A stretch of 20,000 nt of DNA from Sphaeroforma arctica JP610 (GCF_001186125.1 NW_014040465.1:93062-113061); one strand, 5' to 3'. Counted from the first letter of the stretch, positions 1 through 10,768 are shown. Numbers and translations are program-made. Notes: generated from the sequence alone by a model not told the origin.

Positions 1-362
1 ACAGCAGCGCCATCGTTATGTACACATACAACTATATATCGAGATTAGTGTATGAGCAGATGGTCTGCGTACTTGCTGACGCATGTATGAGTGAACTGGA
101 AGGGAGGCGGGCTCGAATATGTCAGCGACAGCTATAGTATTTTGCAATATTGCAGCGCGCATGCAGAATACTCTTAGACAACAAGATGTCAATATGCCCA
201 GAAGCATCACAACATCTGCTACTACGGCACTAGCATCACTTGAACGGTAGCGATACGCATCGGATTGATTTGAGAGAATACCGAAGTAAACACTCAATAC
301 CACCGACCTCGTGGAGGACAATTCAACCACAAATTCGCGACTCCATAGACTCAGAGACATAC

Positions 363-3300
363 AAACATTTGCTGCTGTCTCATTGACTCCTTCATGGACA
401 GAAAGAAGTTCCATTTGAAGAGGCCCACGGGATATACTTGCAGATGCACCTGGAGTGTGTCCAGAGTATCATTCACGGGGATGCGATCTTCCTGAGAAAA
501 TCATGCCAACAGTAGCGTATGTTAGAAAGAGTCGCGAAGCGTGAATGGGGGGGGGGGGGGGAAGGGGCAGTAGGGTTGACTGGCTGTTTGAAAAAGTGAC
601 ATAATAGACTATTCCTATCGTAGTATTGCAACACGAACAATGCATGCCAATTCATAGGGGAAAAGTCTATACCAAGGTATATAAATATAACTGATATAGC
701 AGATACAATATATATATATACATAAATACATAAATACGTACATGCATACATATAGATATGTTTATATATACATATTGTACACGTATATATATATATATAT
801 ATATATAAATATATATATTCATAAATCCATATACATATACATGTATACGCACACACACACATATATATATATTTATACACACATACACACACATATATAT
901 ATATTATGTATATCCAAATTTATATGGTATACTGCAACATGGGATACTCACCGCGAGGTTCCAGAAATTGTTAACGTATATGACGTTGTCGTATGTAAGG
1001 CTTTCATCGTTAAAGTTAAGATACTGCAGGCATGGCTCTGGGAGCTGTTTACGAGCGATCTTTCCCATGTCGTAAACAAGATTGATCGTTATATTCCTGG
1101 GCGATGAGAAGTCGTCGTGTATGTTATAGCTTCACTTTAGTTGTGTGCAGTAGAGCTCGCAAGGGGTATGATAGTTACAACTCACTACCGAAATTGCGAA
1201 GCATGGATCACATCGCAGACGAAACAACAATGGCGGACTTTTGTGTGGAAGACTACGGCATCACAACAGACGGGAGTCGATGAACAATACATTTGGACAA
1301 CTTACGGGTGCCAGTAAGCGATGATGGTTCCGTCTGCATGAGGCGTAGGTGTTGGTTCCGCATTCGCGTCCACTTCATCTTCTGTACCAGGACTCACGGA
1401 GATAGGTAGGTGAGAACAAGAACACCTTATATCGGAATATACTGTCCCATTTGATACATAGTCTATAAGGGCACTGAGATAACTGCTGTCGTCTTGTCTC
1501 CGCATGAACACTTTCAACTATATCGATTTTAAAGTGTATGCGCACTCGTAACACTATTCCACAAATATTTATCACCAAACCCAAACCAAAATATATGGCA
1601 ACTCAACAACTATGGCAACGAATTTGGGAGGCATGCTCGACATATCTATTGCCTATGTGTATGTGCAATCTACCCTGTATGTGTGTGAATTCAAAACAAG
1701 GACCTAAACCCTAAAACGTGACCCATTCCGAATGCCTCACCGAACAGCAGGCGTTTCTTCGTGTTGGCTTTTGCAACCTCCTTGTATATAGTCAGCTGTT
1801 GCGTCCTGGTAACTATAACAGCGTCACCGTTCGTCTCCCCACTGCACTCATCTCCAACTGCGCTACACGAATCCACGGCACTACCAAGCAAGTGGGCGGG
1901 GCCTGACAGCACCACGTGCACATAGAGTGAACCGTTGTTCTTGACGTTGTCCGATATGGGAAGAGCGTGTGTGATGGCAAAGCTCGGGTCGATGTCGGGG
2001 TGTTGGCTCCAGTTACCGATGGCCAGACTTTTCTCCCAGATGGCTGCCGTCTGAACGAGTGGTATAGTGTGTAATCAGCGACGTGGGGAAGATTGGAGAA
2101 GAATAGGAAGATCGCAGGTCAGTTGGAATATTCATGTACGGAACAGGTATATACGTGTTGATAATCAATATTTATGAAGAGTTTGGATCACGAGACTAGA
2201 GTAAATAGAATTCAAATCGGGTATTGTAGCAATCATAGGATCAGAATTCGGTTTTAGTATCTGAAATACTTACAAGATACATCTATCAGAATTACAACAG
2301 TTCGATTCTTGGATGCGTCTATATTGTAGTATCTATGTGAACCGGATCTCAAGTTTGTATCGTAATAGTTATACTCAATCACCGGGAATTCTTATAACAC
2401 ACTACTGGTATGTACTTTATATTCACCAAAAGAGTAAAGCAATATAATGACACTCACAAACGAGCTTCTACAAACGAACTGTGCATAAGCAAGTGTCGTG
2501 AGAGTTTATTCAGATCCACGAAGCTATCAAGCGGACTTTCATCCCAACCCTCAGGTAGGAAAGTATATACCTGTAAATGAGCTATGTGAGTTCCCGGCAA
2601 GTGTGTGTTCAGATCGCAAACAAACCGGATAGATAGAGCGAATGAAAGACTATCAACTACCAATGAACCGAAAACACACACACTAACACATGCCAGCCGT
2701 CAATGGGGTTGAATAACCAGCGCCAGATTGTCACTACTGACTGAAAAGATCACATACTTCGCTCGGATTTAAGCCAAAACTTGACTGCTCGTTGATGTAG
2801 ATGCTCATGTAGGCTTCCGCTCCGTCGGCAAACAATGGGTCATAGAACACGTGCCCCTGCCTGAAAAATCAAAGTACAAGTGAGTTGCCATACCACAACA
2901 CTCATACACAAAATACTAGGCATGCCGACAGATTGGGAACAGTTCATGGAAATCATACTCTCCACACCTTAGCTGTTCTCCTTTCAAGAAAAGCAGGAGC
3001 TCAACAACACACACAACTAAACTACTGTGAGACTGCTAATGCCCGGCCACTATGGTACTAATCAGTAGAATCGGACAACTACTAACTAACATGCAACCAA
3101 TGAAATCAATCTACTGCACATACACTTCTAAAGTCTCAGTAACAGATACTTCACATGCCTGGGGGCAGCAGAGCTCACACCGGCCACTCCCGAGACACCA
3201 GATGCAGCAGCTGCGTCTCTCTTCTCCTGGGGCGCTGCCCTATTGGCTGCAACAGAAGCAGTAAAAAAGGTTGGATGTGTTTTAAAATCGATGTGTTTGT

Positions 3301-4155
3301 GTGTGTGTAGTAATAGTATGACATGCAAGGTGTATATCGGTACAAAATATCTTCTAGGTTTGAGTTATGAAGCATAACATCTGTTTATAGAAGATTGTGA
3401 CGTGATTAGTACGTTATTTTTGACGACAGATGGTGTCTCTTGTGCGACGCTCTGCCACATACATCGGCAGTGATGAGTACTCTGATAAATACACTACCGG
3501 TAAGAAAGAATACTATCCAATGCGCAGTGCATCGTCTCAGTCCGGGAAGCTATGTCAGTAGTGTTAGCGATAACGATAACAGAAAAATCAGTGCCGATGT
3601 CCGCGGTCAATGGTTGTGGCTACGAGGGCATCCATTCAGCTGACCAAATGCTTCGTTGACCACACTAATGTTTATGGAGCAGTGCTGGTCTATGTTGGTG
3701 CTGGTGTGGATAGTGGTGACCATTTTCCCTACAGGAGCACCTCTACACATTATTCCGTGTCAATAGCAACGAGCATCTATGTGTGCGGGTGAAACTTCTC
3801 TTGAACAAAGCAAATGTACTATCCTTGCCAGCCAGTCGTCAACTGTACCAGTCTATGCGACTAGCCGATGCAATCTGCGTTTGATACCAGATTACAATGA
3901 GATGGTGCATAGCTTACTTTGTCGTTGTGAGGTGTATCATACAGCTAATAAAACAGTCTATAACGAGTTTGAACACAGATTAGAGTTGATTTTGTGAGTC
4001 AAAATGTTCAACATAGCCTAAGGGGATCGATGATCGTACATGGATGAAACGCAATAAAAAACTCACGAGCAAATATAAATGCAGGTATTCATACAAAAAT
4101 CTATATAACAAATTAAGTAAAAATAAACACATAAAGCGCTTACAAACATATTCTT

Positions 4156-4195
<40 letters not shown>

Positions 4196-4507
4196 ATGAT
4201 ATATACACACACACACGCACACTACGCATACACACACACACACAGACACACACTACACACACNNNNNNNNNNNNNNNNNNNNTATATATATAGCTATCGT
4301 AGTGTAACAAAGAGGTGAGCCAATTAAGTACATTATCACAAGCAGTTTGATGTAGCAATATTCTCACTTACCGATAAAAAACTGATAGACGAACATAAAG
4401 AACATCGTTTGCAGTACTACCCTAAGCCAAGGAACAGCAGTTGTATTTGTGTCTTCTGCATCTTGCTCCCCTCCGGAACGGGCAGCTGGGGGCCTTGGGA
4501 CGGCCAT
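363..4507 (-). CDS. CLPTM1: CLPTM1-family (cleft lip and palate transmembrane protein 1) gene, 5' part: 7 exons, 329 codons, continues beyond the left edge
   Basis: Manually spliced minus-strand exons 4507-4372, 3246-3159, 2860-2758, 2050-1741, 1381-1306, 1096-952 and 491-363 have compatible phases and sum to 987 nt. Translation: MAVPRPP...PWLRVVLQTMFFMFVYQFFI...PLFADGAEAYMSIYINEQ...AIWEKSLAIGNW...VKNNGSLYVHVVL...TKKRLLF...IAYWHPNITINLVYD...VIYVNNFWNLAEDRIPVNDTLDTLQVHLQVYPVGLFKW. This matches CLPTM1 motifs recalled from animal proteins (NGSIYIHV, HWHPNITINIVDD, YFNDYWNL). Confidence 0.9.
677..910. repeat. (TA)n/(CA)n low-complexity microsatellite in CLPTM1 intron 6
   Basis: TA and CA dinucleotide runs seen directly; a poly-G run lies nearby at about 546-561. 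Confidence 0.9.
4155..4291. repeat. (TA)n/(CA)n microsatellite containing a 20-N assembly gap (4263-4282)
   Basis: Seen directly. The true length is unknown because of the gap. Confidence 0.9.
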
Positions 4508-4713
4508 TCAAATGTATAGTGATTAGGATTACAGACCTTGACTCGTTCAGACCTTTGTGTTATGCTACCTCGTGGCTCATATCGAAAACTGAAATACCCT
4601 AATTCACCAAATAAAACAACTTTTGTACAAATCAGTGAAATCACACCGGTGGGTTTTAAAACATAAAGGAGGTGTAAATATGTCAATATATTTTATGGGC
4701 GGCTGTTGCTCAG

Positions 4714-4721
4714 TGACGTCA
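4714..4721. promoter_or_regulatory. Palindromic CRE-type site TGACGTCA about 200 bp upstream of the CLPTM1 ATG
   Basis: Perfect TGACGTCA in the divergent intergenic region. The homologous position in unit B (11203-11210) reads TGACATCA. Confidence 0.35.
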
Positions 4722-6049
4722 AGTGCACCTGTCAACACTTGTGAACACGCACATTGTAAAAAAAATATGCCACCAAAAAAGGGGATCGGTTTGGCGCCAA
4801 TTTTGTCTGGTCATAATGATAAATAGAAGGCTTTTTATCGATTTTCACCCCAAAAAAATAAAAAAAGTTTATTTTCTGAAAGTATCTGTTTTTTAAAAAG
4901 CCTATAGGCAACCGCCAATCCGCCATTGCCTTCTATTTTTTCATTTTTTTTTAGAGTATATACATACAGAGGGAAGGCTAAATATGCATATTGCATAGTG
5001 ATAGCCCCTTAAAAAAATATTTAGCAAATAGGGAGGCTTTTATCAGCTGGGCAAGTATAGGGCTGGTATAAGACAGCACTTTTCGCTATGACGACATGAT
5101 AACACCGTCGGAAACTACTTCGCTATGACGACATCCGGACGTCCTGTCTTATTACAGTCAGAAGTGCGATATACGCGGCGCCCATGGCTGAACGCCATGG
5201 CCGCACTCACAGGCTCACAAGTCACAGCGGCAGTGCACATTGCACAAATTGCCATTGGAGGCTTTGGAGCTAAAACCCCTGACACACAACTTGCCTGATA
5301 TTCACTTTTAGAGAACCACCAATAATAATAGAAAGATTAGTATCTGAGCTGCAAAATATGTGGGATCCCGATCCGTCAAGATCGACCTTTTTTATATATA
5401 CAAAAATAAGAATTCTCGCCTATAACTAGGATATTGCATATTCCATAATCCATAGTCCACATAAAGACTATAGAGTATAGAGTATAAAGGCTGGCAGCTG
5501 GCTGCTCTGCTGGTATAGTCTAGGCATTTTTGATTTTAGGCTCCTCTCTACGGAGAGTGTGTAAATATGTAATTTTTTTGATATCGTATCGTATATACAA
5601 ATATAATAAATAGAGTAATAAATACCAAAATTTACCTCAATTCTTCAATTTGTTCATTACAAGTATAACTTTTATACAGCAAAAATTTACTTATTATTTA
5701 TTATCATGACAGATCAACAGCAAACAATCCATCAATCCCCTGTAGAACGGGTGGTCAGCTACCAGCCGGTACAGACCGCAACCGGTGTAGCCGTGAATCT
5801 CTATTCAAAGGCGACAGAGACGAATCGATATGTCAAGTAAGTCGTTTGTGGTTGCTCAGCTATGTTTTCAAGTGTTCATCAAGCCAATTGCTGTTCTGTA
5901 GTATGCTGTGGTTGTCTAGTATGTGTGGAAATAACGTGAATGCGACAACTAGTCTTTAGTAAACCGCACGATGTCCAATATGATTTACACAAACTTATAC
6001 GCATATATAATCATCTGCGTTTCACAGAAGAGTCCTAGAAACCGGCGAA

Positions 6050-6772
6050 GGACTCCTCAAGCAAGGTTCAGCGGTTATCTGGCCATACGTCCAGCCCGGT
6101 CTACAGCGCCTCGAGCCTACAGTTAATGCACAACTAGACTACCTTGGGGAGAAAGCACCTCAGGTACAAGAGTTTGCAGCTCAAAAGTACAATAAGACCT
6201 CGGCACGCGCTGGCGAAACTGTTGGGGCTATGCAAGCACAGGCTGGAGCTGCAGCTGAGGCAGTGCAGGCCAGGGCGGCTGATGCAAAGAAAGCAGCAGC
6301 TGACTGCTACAACACTACCGCACAGACTGTGGCGGAGAGAGCTACCGAGTTGTATGACAATACAACGAAGGCTATTGAGGCGAATGTGGATTATTATCTA
6401 CTCCCAGCCTCAGCCGAAGACGAGAAAGAGCTTTCCCTCGTCTTCGGTCCAGGCTAAGGGTAGATAATTATAATACACATTTGATTTACCGGCTGCTTGT
6501 TGTGCACCAGCCGCCATGGCCTGCACTGCCTCAGCTGCAGCTCCAGTCTGTGCTTGCAAAGCCTCGACAGCCTCGCCAGCCTGTGCCGAGATCTCATTGT
6601 ACTTCTGAACGGCAAACTCAGAGATTTCCTTATACTTTTGAGTTGCAAACTCTTGTACTTGAAGCGTCTTCTCCTCGAGATACTTTAGTTGCGCATTGGC
6701 AGCAGGCCCGATGCCCTTTAGACTGGGCTGGATATATGGCCAGATAACCGCTGAACCTTGCCTGAGGAGTCC
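6050..6772 (+). ncRNA. Candidate long hairpin RNA (inverted repeat of perilipin exon 2; arms about 6050-6424 and 6437-6772; ~12-nt loop)
   Basis: The inverted repeat is seen directly. The centre is ccgaagacgag-aaagagctttcc-ctcgtcttcgg. 6061-6087 pairs perfectly with 6735-6761, and 6231-6281 pairs with 6508-6558 with only 2 differences. Transcription and processing are not shown by the sequence. Confidence 0.45.
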
Positions 6773-6963
6773 GCATATGCTTTGCGTCATAATACTCCAA
6801 GTTTTGGACTTATCATCGCCAGCTTTGATCTCTTTGTTGAAGGCCTGTAGCCTTTCGCCGAGCCTGTATGAGGGGTTGTACGCCGCTCGCTGGTAGAGTC
6901 GGTTGGAAACCTCTTGGGTAATGTGGAAGATCTTCTCAGATCGACCCTTTTCTATTGCCAGGG
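6435..6963 (-). other. Inverted 529-bp block of perilipin coding sequence: post-repeat segment + exon-3 remnant + second copy of the PAT/11-mer region
   Basis: The minus frame reads LAIEKGRSEKIFHITQEVSNRLYQRAAYN / RLGERLQAFNKEIKAGDDK-SKTWS / GLLRQGSAVIWPYIQP...QEFATQKYKEISEFAVQKYNE...NVYYNYLP.AWTEDE, all homologous to copy B. The block is bounded by the inverted microhomology CCCT (6435-6438) / AGGG (6960-6963). Confidence 0.9.
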
Positions 6964-7237
6964 CCCAGAGAGCGGCGTACAAACCTTTCAATCGTTTATA
7001 CAGGCTCAGCGACACACTTCAGGCCTTCAAACTGTGAAGGATGACGGCGTCTTTGACGTAAGTTGAATGGAGTATCAGGTAGCATGTGCGCTCAAACTAT
7101 ACGCTTTATGCGTATATCGCTTTAAACAAATACACATGCATTTGGTGCTTTAATTCTTCGTATCCCCTCCGTAGTTGCTTGGTATTCACTGTAACACTTT
7201 GTTTCGGTTTGCAGAAGTAAGTCAGCTGCCCAATGTA

Positions 7238-7382
7238 CTCTACCATGGAAGAGGGACACAATACATCTCTACCATGGAAGAGCGACACAATACATCTCTA
7301 CCATGGAAGAGGGACACAATACATCTCTACCATGGAAGAGGGACACAATACATCTCTACCATGGAAGAGGGACACAATACAT
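7238..7382 (+). repeat. Minisatellite, 5 x 29 bp (ctctaccatggaagagggacacaatacat), in the 3' UTR of perilipin copy A
   Basis: Five contiguous units with one G>C change in unit 2. Copy B has a single diverged unit at about 13883-13911. Confidence 0.95.
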
Positions 7383-8499
7383 TACATCGCGGGAACGGAT
7401 AGATTAAAGTCAAAGCAGTGTCATATTTTTAATGTAAATAAAACCCCGGAGACGTCTGGATCTGATTGTGTATTTTTTAATTTCTTTCGAGTTGAAACCG
7501 GGTTATTGATACCATTTTAGTGTTCGTACATCAATGCTTGCAGAGTATCATATTAGCACATATAGTTTTGGAAACAAGTCGAATTGAGGAGCTATTTCGA
7601 CTGTAGATTTAGACAGCAATATGTCGGAAAGAAGACATTCCGAAAACTCTCAACTCATCGGAAGTTAACAGTTTACATCAATTTGAATTCCAAATTAAGA
7701 TCATTTTCCGAGCACTACGATCGCTCAACATGTTTTGAATATTGACAAAAGAGCATGACCAATCGACAGCCCAACCGATGTTGATACTGATCCAAAAGCA
7801 AGTGTAACAAATGCCATTTTATAAAATTAGATCATTTGGAACGGATCAACTACCCAGAACCGAGGAGGGGTTTTTAAAATTACACCTGATTTGTACCCTA
7901 AAGCCTGCAGTGAGCTATATCCGACTTGATCCTCGTATAGATCTTACCATCGAAAATCTGGATAGAAGAACTAATACGAGTGTTTATGGCGCAATATTGG
8001 TCCATGTTGGTGCCTGGCGTGGATAGTGGTGTCCATCTCGCCACAGGAGCACCCCTACACAACACTCAATGCTATAGCAACGGGCATCTATGTTTTGTTT
8101 GTTCGATGACGAAATCTTGATATATGGGTGTCGATGAAATTTCCCTTGATGACGGAAATTTACTATCCATACCAGATAGTCATCAACTGTACTAGTCTCT
8201 GCGACTAGCCGATGCAATCTGCGGTTGCTACCAAGTTACAATGAAACGATGTATAGCTTACTTTGTCGATATAAGTTGCATCATACAGAGTTGATAAAAC
8301 AGTGCGAAAAGAATATGAACACAGATTTTGAGTCGAAATTTCAACATAGCATATGACGATAGGTAAGTGTACATGGATTAAACACAATCATTCAAATCAC
8401 ACACAAACATAAATGACAATATACGTGCAAAGATCTACATAACGAGCTACGTGAAAAGCAAACAAATCAAGCAAGCACATTTGAATTTAATAAAATATA

Positions 8500-9460
8500 A
8501 AACACACACACACGCATATATATATACATACATACAAAGATAGACAGACAGATATATATATACACATAAAAATAATAAAAATTGCTACATATATATATAT
8601 ATATATATATTTATACATATAAGTATATATATACATATATTCTTATATATTCATATAGATATACCATGGATGTATATGGTATATACAATATAATACACAT
8701 ATAATATAAAATATAAGTATACATACATACATACATATATGCAGATACAAACATATATACTATATATGAATATATATATATATTTAGAATTGTATATATA
8801 AACTCGTATATATATATGTATATATACACATAGATATATTATAGTATATATATTATACAATACATATATACACTTACATACAGACATATATATATAAATA
8901 CACACACACACAAAGAGACACGGATACAGACACAAGTATATATTTAAATATATATACATATATCTACTTATGCATACATACATACACTCACGCACACACA
9001 CATATATATATATATGTATAGATATGGTTATATTTATATATATACACACACATATATATATATATGCATATCCATAAATATATATATATACTTACATATA
9101 TAAAGATGCATATATATATAAATATGTATATATATATATATGCATATACATATATATACATACATATATAAAGATGTATATATATATATGCATATACATA
9201 AATATATAAAGATGTATATATATATATATATACTTACATATATAAATATATATATATATATGCATATACATACATATATGTATATGCATATATATATATA
9301 TATGTTTATATATATGTATACATATACTATGTATATGCATATATATATACTTACATATATAAATATGTATATATATATATATATATATATGCATATACAT
9401 ACATATATATATACTTACATATATATATATATGCATATACATACATATATATATACTTAC

Positions 9461-9491
<31 letters not shown>

Positions 9492-10541
9492 TATGCATAT
9501 ACATACATATATAAATATATATATTTATGTTTATATATATGTATACATACATACATATATATACTTACATATATAAATATATATGCATATACATACATAA
9601 ATGTATATATATATATATTTATGTTTATATATGTATACATTTACATATACTATGTATATGCATATATATACATAAATATATATACATGGATAAATACAAA
9701 GTCATTATATACATACTTATATACATAAATATGTATATATATACATAAATATATATACATGGATAAATACAAAGTCATTATATATATATGCATATACATA
9801 GATATATACATACATATATGTATATGTATATATATATGTGTACCTATACATATACTATGTGTATGCATATATATACATAAATATATATATATGGATAAAT
9901 ACGAAGTCATTATATTTATACGTATATACATGCATACAAACATAGATACACACACACATGAATATATATATATATATATTAATATAAAAATTCTTAGATA
10001 CACACACACAACCACACAAACAAATATATATATGCACACATTTAATATATATATATATGCATACATACATAAAATGTACATACATACACACATACATACA
10101 TACATTTAATATATATATATTCAAGAAAATATATGTATGCATATATATATAAATTGGCATATATATATATATATATGTACATATAATTATATCTATTTAT
10201 ATGTATATACATACATACATATATATATATACAAACACACACACACACACAGATATATGTATATATATATGTATATATAATAACATAAATATAAATATAA
10301 ATATAAAATATATATATCTATATACATATATATATATATGTATATATACACACACACACACACACACACAGATATATATACGTACATACATACATACACA
10401 CACACACAGATATATATATACATACGCTCATACATATAAATAAATTCACTTATATATATATAAATATATATTTACCATATGTATATTAGTAAATTTATGT
10501 ATATGTATGTGCGTATATATATAAGATCATATATATATGAA

Positions 10542-10578
<37 letters not shown>

Positions 10579-10620
10579 CATACGTACACACACATTTATA
10601 CACACACACATATATATATT

Positions 10621-10691
<71 letters not shown>

Positions 10692-10768
10692 ACATGCATA
10701 TATACATACATACATTCATATATATATATATATATTTATACACACACGCACATTTATATATATACATA
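8500..10768. repeat. ~2.3-kb compound (TA)n/(TACA)n/(CA)n low-complexity tract with internal higher-order repeats
   Basis: Seen directly. Recurrent motifs include tacttacatata, tgcatatacatacata, and three copies of tggataaatac(a/g)aagtcattatat at about 9687, 9760 and 9892. Confidence 0.95.

Larger units (their letters stand above)
5706..7220 (+). pseudogene. Perilipin (PAT-family) paralog A, internally duplicated and disrupted by an inversion. As assembled it encodes only a truncated 186-aa product (exons 5706-5836 and 6028-6457)
   Basis: Exon 1 (MTDQQQTIHQSPVERVVSYQPVQTATGVAVNLYSKATETNRYVK) has the same 131-nt length and GT-AG intron position as copy B. Exon 2 is open until it runs into the inverted block and stops at TAA 6455-6457. 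The terminal piece VKDDGVFD|gtaagt...tttgcag|AAG TAA is retained at 7034-7220. Confidence 0.8.
3669..7981 (+). repeat. Tandem segmental duplication, unit A (CLPTM1 intron 1 part + exon 1 + promoter + perilipin copy A + 3' flank)
   Basis: 3669-4130 aligns by eye to 7981-8480; 4291-4585 to 10767-11075; 5670-6440 to 12040-12890; 7030-7603 to 13680-14149; 7859-7981 to 14150-14268. Unit A ends in ctaatacgagt exactly where unit B begins with tgtttatgg. Confidence 0.88.

Noticed and set aside
16..414. 132-aa minus-strand ORF
   Set aside because: It is out of frame with the CLPTM1 exon at 491-363, is otherwise intronic, and has no recognisable family.
1703..1715. cctaaaccctaaa, telomere-like TTTAGGG units
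   Set aside because: Fewer than two full units, which is compatible with chance.
6410..7015. 201-aa minus-strand ORF as an independent, circularly permuted perilipin gene
   Set aside because: It starts at GTG with no evident promoter or first exon on that strand. It is better explained as inverted coding sequence of copy A, although antisense expression is not excluded.
7238..7382. 29-bp repeats resembling a CRISPR array
   Set aside because: The units are contiguous with no unique spacers, there are no cas genes, and the context is a eukaryotic 3' UTR.
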